Shown here: one piece after another, positions 41,993-50,805 of the stretch
Position numbering within the stretch: position 1 is the stretch's first letter
Layout: each line of letters starts with the position of its first letter
Origin: Eubacteriales bacterium
Lineage (GTDB): Bacteria > Bacillota > Clostridia > Oscillospirales > CAG-272
DNA length: 64,000 nucleotides
NCBI GenBank assembly: GCA_045643285.1
Contig: JAZUKN010000014.1
Coordinates: forward strand, 7,772 to 71,771
Direction of reading: 5' to 3'
Position numbers and translations under genes: made by a program
Notes under the pieces: model-generated
Database searches by the model: none
Told to the model about the DNA's origin: nothing
Seen by the model: only the letters and a program-made list of their open reading frames with translations

Positions 41993-42766
41993 TTATTTGA
42001 GAGTTATTTCTCCGTCATCCAGCACGACTGTGCGGTAGCTTATCTCGCCGCTCGCACTGTCGCGGAGTCGGAGTACCATGCCGTCTCCGTCTTTTTCAAA
42101 GTTGAACGTGCATTCGCTCATCGGGAACAATCCCTCGAACACTGTTTCACCTTTTGAAATCACAATTCTCATGCTAAAGCCGCCGATGTCGTCGGATTCG
42201 GCAAAAACCTCGCAGTATTCGCTCTCGCCGTCGCCGTCTGCGTCAAAGAAAGCCGCAGTATTCGCACCGCACACTGCCGATTTTAATATCGGGAAATCTC
42301 CGTTCAGATCGGGGATCTCGTTTGCGTTTTCGTCATCAAGTACTGGTGCGGGTGCAAAACCGTATCCGCCGGATAATGAGTACGTTTCTGGTTCTGCCGC
42401 GTCATTGCTTTCAAATCCGGCGTCATACAGCATTTCTTTCGACTCTGCCGGCACATCCGCGCACTCTTCTGTCACTGCGTCGTATACAGTGCCGTTTGCC
42501 TGGTTCGCGCAGTCTTCTGAAACGGCGGTCTTTGTCATCATTTTCGGCAAAACCGCAACTGCGGCACTTCCGACTATCACAAGGCACGCTGCGGCACTGC
42601 CGAGATGTAAGAGAAGCCTTTTGCGCTTAAGTCGAGCCGCCTTGATCACGGCGATCTTTTCGCTCACCCGTGCGCTGATTTCCGCGTCCGGCGTGGGATA
42701 TGACCGACTCACAAGCGAGCTGATCTTTTCCTCTTCAAGCGGGGAGAGATTTTCGTTTTCGTTCAT
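41993..42766 (-). CDS. Putative anti-sigma factor (single-pass membrane protein)
   Basis: 257 aa, one TM (LLLHLGSAAACLVIVGSAAVAVL). Sits immediately downstream of an ECF sigma gene. The assignment rests on position. Confidence 0.45.
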   Translation of the reverse strand: MNENENLSPLEEEKISSLVSRSYPTPDAEISARVSEKIAVIKAARLKRKRLLLHLGSAAACLVIVGSAAVAVLPKMMTKTAVSEDCANQANGTVYDAVTEECADVPAESKEMLYDAGFESNDAAEPETYSLSGGYGFAPAPVLDDENANEIPDLNGDFPILKSAVCGANTAAFFDADGDGESEYCEVFAESDDIGGFSMRIVISKGETVFEGLFPMSECTFNFEKDGDGMVLRLRDSASGEISYRTVVLDDGEITLK

Positions 42767-42832
42767 TTTTTCGAGCGCACTCGGCGCACCTTTCGGATTT
42801 TTTTGTTATTTTAATGATTAGACGACGGAAAG

Positions 42833-43465
42833 TCAGATAAAGTTCCCGTCCGTGAGAATTTTTTTTAGCATCGCACGTCCGCGTGAGAGCCGTGACTTCA
42901 CAGTTCCAAGCTCAATACCGAGCGCGTCCGCTATGTCGGTGTACGCCATACCGCTTATGTCGCGCATAACGACAACACGGCGTGCGTCTTCCGGAAGCGA
43001 TTCGACAGCGCGTCTGACGGCGAGTATCGTTTCTTTCCGCTCTATTGCGTCTTCCGGCACAGTGTCGCCCGACGTTACGGGAATATCCCATTCGTGCGGC
43101 TCGTCGCCGTCGTCCGATCCTGCGGACAGGGACAGCGCGGCGTGCCTTTTTTCGGCGCGGAGTGCGTCCTTTGCCGTGTTGACCGCGATCCTGTAGAGCC
43201 ATGTCGAAAGGGAAGAGCCGCCGCGGAACAGCGATATGCTCTGCCACGCCTTGACGAATGCGTCCTCCGCTAACTCTTCCGCCTGATCTGTCGACCGCCC
43301 GGATGAGGTCAGCACGCGGCAGACCGCATTGTATACGAGCCGCCCGTGTTTGTCGACTATCTCTTCAAAAGCGGAGTCGTCGCCCGATTTCACACGCCGT
43401 ACGATTTCGAGATCACTGCTGTCCGACGGGTTCTCTTTTGTGTCAAATAATGAAAAGAATATCAT
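42833..43465 (-). CDS. ECF-type RNA polymerase sigma-70 family factor
   Basis: 210 aa. Region 2 (AEDAFVKAWQSISLFRGGSSLSTWLYRIAVNTA) and region 4 (MAYTDIADALGIELGTVKSRLSRGRAML). Confidence 0.85.
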   Translation of the reverse strand: MIFFSLFDTKENPSDSSDLEIVRRVKSGDDSAFEEIVDKHGRLVYNAVCRVLTSSGRSTDQAEELAEDAFVKAWQSISLFRGGSSLSTWLYRIAVNTAKDALRAEKRHAALSLSAGSDDGDEPHEWDIPVTSGDTVPEDAIERKETILAVRRAVESLPEDARRVVVMRDISGMAYTDIADALGIELGTVKSRLSRGRAMLKKILTDGNFI

Positions 43466-43507
43466 TTGTATGATTGTTTATGTATATATGTATATTTGAG
43501 CGTTTCC

Positions 43508-43930
43508 TCAGCGGTAAACGTCAACGATCGTTTCGTTTTCTCCTTCAACATAAGTGACGACTACAACGTCGCCGTAGTAAAGCTCGCCGTCCTGCCCGTC
43601 TCCGATGCAGCTTGAGGCGTATGATTTGTCATCCGGCTCGCCGACTTGTGCGTAAAGCTCGGATACCGGACGGTCGATCAGCGAATTTGCGACTGCATAG
43701 ACGTTCACCGGCTCTGTGGGCTGTTCAGTCGACTGTTCAGTCGACTGTTCTTCGGCTGTTTCGCCCTGACTTTCGCCGTCATTCTGTCCGTCTGCCGTAT
43801 TTTCGTCGACGGTGACGGTCTCTGTCTTCTCGTCCGGATTTTCGGGGATTTTTTCTTCCCGTGCCGAGCATCCGACGAAACAGAAGAGGACAATTGCCGC
43901 CAGAATGACGGCAAGTACCGTTTTTTTCAT
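43508..43930 (-). CDS. Lipoprotein of unknown function
   Basis: 140 aa. Signal peptide with lipobox LFCFVGC, an acidic linker and an EQSTEQSTEQPTE repeat. Confidence 0.6.
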   Translation of the reverse strand: MKKTVLAVILAAIVLFCFVGCSAREEKIPENPDEKTETVTVDENTADGQNDGESQGETAEEQSTEQSTEQPTEPVNVYAVANSLIDRPVSELYAQVGEPDDKSYASSCIGDGQDGELYYGDVVVVTYVEGENETIVDVYR

Positions 43931-43956
43931 ATTGTTACCTCTGATCTGTCAGCGTA

Positions 43957-45270
43957 TCAGCCGAAGATGACCTGATTTACGATGCTTTCGAGATATTCCT
44001 GCTTGCCGGAGGACGGAAGAGCCGGTGCGCCAATTTCGTCGGCGAGAGCCGCAAGCTCTTCAAGCGTTGTCGCCTTATCTCTGATCTTCTTGCCGATGCC
44101 GGATGAGTAGCTTTCGTATTTCTTCTTCACGAATTCGGCGATGCGTCCGTCGGAGATGAGCTTTTCGGCGTTCAGAAGTCCGAGTGCGAATGTATCCATA
44201 CCGAGGATGTACGCTTCAAAGAGGTCTTCTGCGGTGTAGGACGGTCTGCGGCACTTTGCGTCGAAGTTGAAGCCGCCTGTCAGTCCGCCTGCGCGAACGA
44301 CTTCGAGCATACACATCGTTGCGGTGTAAACATCGAACGGGAATTCGTCGGTGTCCCAGCCGAGCAGGTAGTCGCCCTGGTTTGCGTCGATAGAGCCGAG
44401 CATACCGTTCATTGCGCTGACGCGGAGATCGTGCTCGAACGTGTGGCCGGCGAGCGTTGCGTGGTTTGCTTCGATGTTGAGTTTGAAGTCCTTGTCAAGC
44501 CCGTACTGACGGAGGAATCCGATAGCGGTAGCTGCGTCGTAGTCGTACTGGTGCTTCATCGGTTCTTTCGGTTTCGGCTCGATGTAGAAGTCGCCCGTGA
44601 AGCCGATCTTTCTGCCGTAATCTACAGCCATGTGCATAAGATTTGCGATGTTCTCCTGCTCGAACTTCATATCGGTGTTGAGCAGTGTTTCGTATCCCTC
44701 ACGTCCGCCCCAGAAGACGTAACCCTTACCGCCGAACTTGACGGTGAGGTCGAGAGCTTTCTTGATCTGAGCAGCCGCAAAGCAGTAAACGTCTGCGGAA
44801 TTCGTCGAGCCTGCGCCGTTCATGAAACGCGGATTCGAGAACATATTCGCCGTACCCCAAAGGCACTTAATGCCTGTCTCTTTCATCTTTGCGAGGATGT
44901 AGTCGGAGATCTCGTCAAGGCGGCGGTTTGTTTCCTTTATATCGTCGGCTTCGGGAACGAGGTCAACGTCGTGGAAGCAGAAGTATTCGATACCGAGCTT
45001 CTGCATGAATTCAAAGCCTGCGTCGACCTTTGCGCGAGCGTGAGCCATTGTGCCTTTTTCTTCACCGAACGACTTGTCTGCAGTGTCGCGCCCGAACATA
45101 TCGGTTCCTGCCGCGCCGAGCGTGTGCCACCACGACATGGCGAACGGGAGATGTTCTTTCATTTTCTTGCCGAGTACGACTTTTTCGGGATCATAGAACT
45201 TGAATGCGAGCGGATTCTTGCTGTTTGAGCCTTCGTATTTTATTGTGGGAATTGATGTGAAAACTGACAT
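43957..45270 (-). CDS. xylA: Xylose isomerase
   Basis: ORF 43957..45297. ATG 45270 follows [24 protein letters not shown]...FCFHD...WGGREGY are classic XylA motifs. Confidence 0.92.
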   Translation of the reverse strand: MSVFTSIPTIKYEGSNSKNPLAFKFYDPEKVVLGKKMKEHLPFAMSWWHTLGAAGTDMFGRDTADKSFGEEKGTMAHARAKVDAGFEFMQKLGIEYFCFHDVDLVPEADDIKETNRRLDEISDYILAKMKETGIKCLWGTANMFSNPRFMNGAGSTNSADVYCFAAAQIKKALDLTVKFGGKGYVFWGGREGYETLLNTDMKFEQENIANLMHMAVDYGRKIGFTGDFYIEPKPKEPMKHQYDYDAATAIGFLRQYGLDKDFKLNIEANHATLAGHTFEHDLRVSAMNGMLGSIDANQGDYLLGWDTDEFPFDVYTATMCMLEVVRAGGLTGGFNFDAKCRRPSYTAEDLFEAYILGMDTFALGLLNAEKLISDGRIAEFVKKKYESYSSGIGKKIRDKATTLEELAALADEIGAPALPSSGKQEYLESIVNQVIFG

Positions 45271-45311
45271 GGATATATCCTCCGTAAATATCAACAAAAT
45301 TTTACAAATGC

Positions 45312-45340
45312 ATTATATCACATAATTGCAGGATTCGCAA
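45312..45340 (-). promoter_or_regulatory. Promoter TTGCGA-17-TATAAT with extended -10 TG (xylA)
   Basis: Minus strand reads ttgcgaatcctgcaattatgtgatataat. Confidence 0.6.
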
Positions 45341-45437
45341 GAGAATTTGCGGATTTCCGATAACCTCGCGGCTTCGCACGAAATATCATTTTTCGCCCGT
45401 CGAACAAATATGCACTTTTTTTATTTAGGCGAAAATA

Positions 45438-45459
45438 AAAAACGTCTTTCGACGTTTTT
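45438..45459. terminator. Terminator-like hairpin of the AAAACGTC/GACGTTTT class downstream of the ABC-F gene
   Basis: aaaaacgtc-tttc-gacgttttt flanked by A- and T-runs. Same motif class as the GAAAAC hairpin module of the mosaic repeats. Confidence 0.6.
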
Positions 45460-45483
45460 ATTATTTCATTATTCATTACTCTT

Positions 45484-47418
45484 TCAAAAGCTCTCTTCTT
45501 CCTCGTAAAGCTGCATCAGGCGGTCTTCGGCGATCGTCTTTCTGTCGCTAAGCTCGGCGGCGCGCATATAGTCCGTTGCGGCTTCACCGAACAGAAGATA
45601 ATCTATATCCGCGATCTCCTTTTCGAGCTTTTCGATCTCTTTTGCGACGTCTGCCTTGTGCTTCTCGAATTTACGCTTGTCCGCGTTCGCTTTTTTCCGC
45701 TCAAGGTATTCGTCCCGTCCGCTCGGCTCTTCTTTCGTCTCCGTCTCACCGACAGGCGCTTTTCCGCGGTTTTCCTTGTATGCGGAATACTCCTCGTACG
45801 TCCCCGGAAAATCCTTTCCGCCGTCGCCGAGGTCGATGAATCTCGTCGCAAGCCTGCTCACGAAATATCGGTCGTGCGACACCGCGATTATCGTCCCGTC
45901 GAACGCAAGCAGTGCGCTTTCCAGTGCCTCGCGCGATTCTATATCAAGGTGGTTCGTCGGCTCGTCGAGGATAAGAAGATTCATTTTCGAGAGTATCAGC
46001 TTTGCAAGCGTCAGCCTCGCTCTTTCGCCGCCCGACAGCACGCGGACTTCTTTTTCGATGTCCTCACCGCGGAACATAAAGAGCGCGAGCGTGTTCCGTA
46101 TCTCCGTCTGCGAGAGATTCGGGTACGTGTTCCACAACTCGTCGAGGACGGTGTTCGACTCCGTGAGATTCTGGTTTTCCTGATCGTAGTAGCCGACAGT
46201 CACGTTGTAGCCGAACTCTATTTCTCCGCTGAGCGGCTCAAGCTGACCGAGCAGGATTTTTATGAGCGTCGATTTGCCGCACCCGTTCGGACCGGTGATG
46301 AACAGTCTGTCATGCTTTTTCACGAGGAACGACAGATCACGGAACAGCATATCCGACGTAAAGCCCATCGTCAGCCTTTTCACCGTTGCGACATCGTTTC
46401 CGCTCTCGCCGGACGATTCAAGCCCGAACCGTATCGCTTTCGGTGCTGCTTTCGGTTTTTCGACCTTTTCCATTCGGGCTATCGCTTTTTCGCGGCTTTC
46501 GGCGGCAATGATGTTGCGCTCTCTGTTCCAGCGTCTCTGCTGTTCGATGTACGCCTCAAGACGTGCGATTTCTTTCTGCTGAAGGTCGTACTGTTTCTCC
46601 TGCTCACGGCGGAATTTCTCTTTTTCCGTGACGTATTCGCTATATCTACATTTGTAGAGCTTTGCTCTGCCGTTTTCGATGTCGAGCGTCTTGTTTGTGA
46701 CCTTGTCGAGAAAATAACGGTCGTGCGAGACGAGTATCACGGTCTTCGATTTCGGGTATGCCGCGAGATGATTTTCAAGCCAGCGCATCGTGTCAATATC
46801 AAGGTGGTTCGTCGGCTCGTCGAGGATGAGTATGTCGGGTTCCCTTGAGAGAAGCCGCGCGAGCGCGAGCCTTGTACGCTGTCCGCCGCTCATTTTCGAG
46901 ACAGGAGTCGACCACGTTTCCTCACCGAAGCCGAGATTTTCGAGGATACTGCGGCAACGGGACTTGTAGTACAGTCCGCCATCGGAGATGAAGCGGTTAT
47001 TGAGGTTTGTATACTCTGTAGAAAGGCGCGAAAGTGTCGCCGTGTCGTCCGGGGACGCTGAATCGAGCGCGGACTGAAGCTCGGCAAGACGCACTTCGGC
47101 GCGACAAAGCTCGGCGAATACCGCGTACATCTGACCGAGGACTGTTTCGTCAACGGACGCACAAGAGTCGCCGAGATTTATGATATTGAAAGCGTCGTCC
47201 TGGTGGAGCATACCGACAGATTTGTCGCGCGCGATATACACTTCTCCCTCGTCGGGCGTGTATTCGCCGGTTATCATGCGGAGCAGTGTCGATTTTCCGC
47301 TTCCGTTGACGCCGACGAGCGCGAGTCTGTCGCCGTCCTCGATCGAGAACGAGACTCCGCCGATTATCTCCCGCGTCCCCACACGGAAAGCGAGATCTTT
47401 CGTCGATAGTGAGATCAT
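45484..47418 (-). CDS. ABC-F family ATPase (two NBDs, no TMD; translation-factor/ribosome-protection type)
   Basis: 644 aa. GVNGSGKST and GPNGCGKST Walker A motifs, two LSGG signatures, and a charged C-terminal coiled extension. Confidence 0.85.
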   Translation of the reverse strand: MISLSTKDLAFRVGTREIIGGVSFSIEDGDRLALVGVNGSGKSTLLRMITGEYTPDEGEVYIARDKSVGMLHQDDAFNIINLGDSCASVDETVLGQMYAVFAELCRAEVRLAELQSALDSASPDDTATLSRLSTEYTNLNNRFISDGGLYYKSRCRSILENLGFGEETWSTPVSKMSGGQRTRLALARLLSREPDILILDEPTNHLDIDTMRWLENHLAAYPKSKTVILVSHDRYFLDKVTNKTLDIENGRAKLYKCRYSEYVTEKEKFRREQEKQYDLQQKEIARLEAYIEQQRRWNRERNIIAAESREKAIARMEKVEKPKAAPKAIRFGLESSGESGNDVATVKRLTMGFTSDMLFRDLSFLVKKHDRLFITGPNGCGKSTLIKILLGQLEPLSGEIEFGYNVTVGYYDQENQNLTESNTVLDELWNTYPNLSQTEIRNTLALFMFRGEDIEKEVRVLSGGERARLTLAKLILSKMNLLILDEPTNHLDIESREALESALLAFDGTIIAVSHDRYFVSRLATRFIDLGDGGKDFPGTYEEYSAYKENRGKAPVGETETKEEPSGRDEYLERKKANADKRKFEKHKADVAKEIEKLEKEIADIDYLLFGEAATDYMRAAELSDRKTIAEDRLMQLYEEEESF

Positions 47419-47474
47419 TGTTATATCCTATACAGTCAAAGAGGAGGAAACGTGCGTTTCTTCCTCTCCGTTTT

Positions 47475-48371
47475 TTATCTTCTTCTTGTTCCGTCGGAAT
47501 TGTTGTACGGCTCGTCGCCCGTTCTCGGGTAGTAAGCCGAATAATCCGTGCCGTCGTTTGTGTAGCCGTTCTGTCTGCGGCTGTCCTGTGCGCCGTAGCC
47601 ATTGTAGCCGCTTCCGTTCTGCTGAGGTCTTCTTTCACGCGAGCCGTAAAGCCGCTCGTCGTACTGAACGTGCGGAACATTGTTCGGCTTCTTTCTGAAT
47701 ATGTACTTACGCATGAACGCCGCAACGTCGTCGTTGAACATCGCAATTGCGAACAGCACGACGAATCCGACGACTGCGATAAGCACTATTATCAGTATCG
47801 CTTTGAAAATGCCGCCTATGATCTTGCCGACGGACGCACTGCCGCTCTGTTCGGGCTCTTCTGCCTTTACTTCTGGCAGACGGGACCCGAGCAGTGACGC
47901 GAGCTTTGACGTAGCTTTCATCACGCCCGTGTCGATGCTGCCGCCTGTGAAGTCCGCTTCAAGGTAGTCTTTCGCTATCTGCTGAAGCTCTTCATTCGTC
48001 AGCACCTTGTCGATAGCCGTCGACTGGAGGAAGTAGTAGTTCATGTCGTCGACGGCGATGAGAAGCAGTACGCTTTCTCCGAGCCGCCAGTCGTTGAAGA
48101 CCGCGCGCGTGTACTCGCCTATCGAGCTGTCTCCCGTTGTTGAAACGGTGCATACCGCCACGACTGCGCCGACCTTGTCTTCAAGCTCGTCGTTTGCGTT
48201 GCGGATAGTCCTTACCGTAGCTTCCGAGAGGATACCTGCCCCGTCGGCGATGAAATTATCCGGCTTCGGATAAGACGCCGCGCACACGGGAAGCACAGCC
48301 GCGGCAAGCATTAACGCGAGCGTGAGGACTGCCGCGATCTTCTTTGCGATTACTTTGTTCTGTCTGTTCAT
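47475..48371 (-). CDS. TPM-domain protein (YgcG-like) with C-terminal TM and Gly/Tyr/Asn-rich tail
   Basis: 298 aa. Signal peptide, TPM core (FIADGAGILSEATV...VVAVCTV...LLLIAVDD), and a TM segment near residue 200. Confidence 0.75.
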   Translation of the reverse strand: MNRQNKVIAKKIAAVLTLALMLAAAVLPVCAASYPKPDNFIADGAGILSEATVRTIRNANDELEDKVGAVVAVCTVSTTGDSSIGEYTRAVFNDWRLGESVLLLIAVDDMNYYFLQSTAIDKVLTNEELQQIAKDYLEADFTGGSIDTGVMKATSKLASLLGSRLPEVKAEEPEQSGSASVGKIIGGIFKAILIIVLIAVVGFVVLFAIAMFNDDVAAFMRKYIFRKKPNNVPHVQYDERLYGSRERRPQQNGSGYNGYGAQDSRRQNGYTNDGTDYSAYYPRTGDEPYNNSDGTRRR

Positions 48372-48386
48372 TTTTTCAGTTTGGGT

Positions 48387-49547
48387 TCATGAACGAATGC
48401 TGATCAGCTTTTCTTTGAGCTCGTTTTCGATTCTGTTAAGCTCATTTTCGGCGTTCGCTCTCTTTTCCCGTCCTTCTTTCTGGATTTCTCTTATTTCGTC
48501 GAGGGTCTTTATGAGGTCCTCGTTCGTTTTCGTCAGTGTTTCGATGTCAACGATGCCGCGCTCGGATTCTTTCGTGATCTCAACGGTAGCGGAATGAAGT
48601 GCTTCGGAGTTCTTCTTGAGCAGTTCGTTCGTCATATCGTTGACGAGCTTGCCGGCTTCCATAGCCTGGTGCGAATGTTCGATGCCGAGAGAAATTACCA
48701 TCTGGCTCTTCCAAAGCGGGATAGTGTTCATAATGATAGTCTGGATCTTCTCGGTCATCATCGTGTCGTTGTTCTGCACGAGGCGGATCTGCGGAGACAT
48801 CTGTATCGAAACCATTCTCGTCAGCTCAAGGTCGTGGAGCTTTCTCTCGAAACGAACGCACTGCTCGGAGAAATCGTTTGCCGCCTGTGCGTCTTCGGGA
48901 AGACCGGACTTTTCGGCTTTTTCTTTTAGCTCAACAAGTGTTGTTGCTCTTTCCTTTTCGAGCTTCTTCTTGCCGGCGATAATGTACATCGACAGCTCCT
49001 TGAAGTAGGTCATATTCTTCTCGTACAGTCCGTCGAACATGGTAATGTCCTTGAGAAGAGTGATCTGATGCCCTTCGAGTATCCCGACGATGTCGTCTAC
49101 ACTTTCTTCGCATTTCGAGTATTTCGTTTTCATATCCTCGAGCTTACGTTTTGTCGAGCGGAACAGACGCTTTATTCCTCTGTCGTTCGAGGTGGCTTCG
49201 TCGTTCATCGTGCGGAGATTACCGATAAGATCAGTGATCATCGAGCCGACCTCGCCGAAGTCCTTGTTGCGCACGCTTCCGAGAGCGGTGTCCGAGAAAT
49301 CGGAGATCTTCTTCTGAGCGGACGCGCCGTATGAGAGAATGGACGCGGTGTCGGTTATGTCGATCTTTTCGGAGAATTCGTCGATCGCGCGGCGTTCCTC
49401 TTCGGTGAACTGGCTTTCGTCGAGCGCGGGTGCGGCGGCGAGCTGTTCTTCTGCTGTTTCGTCGGCCGTCGGAGCGGCAGGAGTCGGAGCAGCCTGAGCC
49501 GCAAATGCACCGGTAGGATCAAGTGTAAGTTTGATTTCGTCTGCCAT
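48387..49547 (-). CDS. TelA/YaaN-family toxic anion resistance protein
   Basis: 386 aa. ILSYGASAQKKISDFSDTAL...FGEVGSMITDL is typical of TelA. Confidence 0.8.
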   Translation of the reverse strand: MADEIKLTLDPTGAFAAQAAPTPAAPTADETAEEQLAAAPALDESQFTEEERRAIDEFSEKIDITDTASILSYGASAQKKISDFSDTALGSVRNKDFGEVGSMITDLIGNLRTMNDEATSNDRGIKRLFRSTKRKLEDMKTKYSKCEESVDDIVGILEGHQITLLKDITMFDGLYEKNMTYFKELSMYIIAGKKKLEKERATTLVELKEKAEKSGLPEDAQAANDFSEQCVRFERKLHDLELTRMVSIQMSPQIRLVQNNDTMMTEKIQTIIMNTIPLWKSQMVISLGIEHSHQAMEAGKLVNDMTNELLKKNSEALHSATVEITKESERGIVDIETLTKTNEDLIKTLDEIREIQKEGREKRANAENELNRIENELKEKLISIRS

Positions 49548-49549
49548 AT

Positions 49550-50425
49550 TTATTCTCCTTTTTCGTTTTCTTCGTCGTCTTCTTCGACGTCTTTTATTTT
49601 TTCACATAATAATTTCGGGATCCCGACGAGTCTTACGAGCGCGACTGCCGCGACCGCAAAATATACGAACAATTTGACAGTTGACGGTGCTTCGTCGGCG
49701 GGGTTTACGTCGTTAAGTCTGTATAAAAGTGCGCCGAGCGAGATTCCGCCTGCGACCGAAAGGGATGCACAGTTCACGAAAACCGCGAACGGAGCCGTCA
49801 GCCTCTTTGAATCGGAAGGAAGCGCGAATCTTGCCTCTGAAATGAAGAACAGCAGGACAGCACAGCGCGTGAGCAGGATCATATTGCGGACTGCACCGTT
49901 TATCGGCACTGTAAAGTCGAAATACGCCGAGAATATTTCAAAATTCACCGACAAAGCCGCAAGGAGCGCACAGAACGCGGTGACTCTGCCGTCGACTTTT
50001 GTGAGGGACAGCACGAAGAAAACGGGAGCGAACAGCGAAAGGATGCCCGAGAGCTTATCGAGAGTGCCGTAATATGCTTCGCCTTTGAAGATCGACGAGA
50101 AGAACACGACGAACGACGCTGCGCAGGCGACGGCGGCGACAAGACGAACGATCAGAGAGGCAGTCGGCGTGGATGCCTGCGGAAGAAGCGAGCATTTTCC
50201 GGTGCTGAGAGCAATAACCGCGGCAATTACCACGCCTGAAGCGACAAGTCCGGCGGTAAGATAACACCAAAGCGGAGACGAGTAATGCCCGACGGAAAAA
50301 TCAAACCCGAAGTGCATACCGCACCAGTATACACCGGCAATGAGCACGGAAAGAGCGGCGGAAATGACAGTACCGGTTTTTACGAGCCGCGCGTACTTCT
50401 CCGCTGAGAAACTATTGTTTTCCAT
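49550..50425 (-). CDS. Polytopic membrane protein of unknown function, first gene of the TelA/TPM operon
   Basis: ORF 49550..50560. Start moved to ATG 50425 (MENNSFSAEKYARL). About 8 hydrophobic segments and an acidic C-terminus. Confidence 0.55.
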   Translation of the reverse strand: MENNSFSAEKYARLVKTGTVISAALSVLIAGVYWCGMHFGFDFSVGHYSSPLWCYLTAGLVASGVVIAAVIALSTGKCSLLPQASTPTASLIVRLVAAVACAASFVVFFSSIFKGEAYYGTLDKLSGILSLFAPVFFVLSLTKVDGRVTAFCALLAALSVNFEIFSAYFDFTVPINGAVRNMILLTRCAVLLFFISEARFALPSDSKRLTAPFAVFVNCASLSVAGGISLGALLYRLNDVNPADEAPSTVKLFVYFAVAAVALVRLVGIPKLLCEKIKDVEEDDEENEKGE

Positions 50426-50458
50426 TATATCAACCTTTCGTATAAAACTACAGGATAT

Positions 50459-50487
50459 ATTATACAACAAAGGAACGAAATTTTCAA
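50459..50487 (-). promoter_or_regulatory. Promoter TTGAAA-17-TATAAT with extended -10 TG (membrane protein/TelA/TPM operon)
   Basis: Minus strand reads ttgaaaatttcgttcctttgttgtataat. Confidence 0.6.
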
Positions 50488-50587
50488 GGGATAAGAGGAA
50501 AAAACGCGCTTCGCGGTTTTCGGGTTTGCGTGAATCACACGGCGGCTCACGAAATATCAAGGATTCGCACGAAATGATATTTCATGT

Positions 50588-50672
50588 TTACACCGTAGGG
50601 GAGGGGGTCCCCCTCCCGCGAATTTGAACAAATCTCACATAGGCGCAAGGAAGAAAACACGAAGTGTTTTCT
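50588..50672. repeat. Mosaic hairpin repeat, copy 6 (partial: head plus GAAAAC hairpin)
   Basis: ccgtaggggagggggtccccctcccgcgaatttgaaca..cacatagg..gaaaacacgaagtgttttc (50653-50671). Confidence 0.75.
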
Positions 50673-50728
50673 ATCTAATTATTTGTTTGTAACGTTTTCT
50701 TCCTTTTTTCCACGGAAAAGAAAAAAAC

Positions 50729-50757
50729 TTGCATTTTCCCCGTTCCCGTGATATACT
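50729..50757 (+). promoter_or_regulatory. Promoter TTGCAT-17-TATACT with extended -10 TG (GH20-like gene)
   Basis: ttgcattttccccgttcccgtgatatact. Confidence 0.55.
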
Positions 50758-50805
50758 TATTTCAATCAAAAAATGCGAAATTTCGCATAATTCCGGAGGG
50801 AAACC

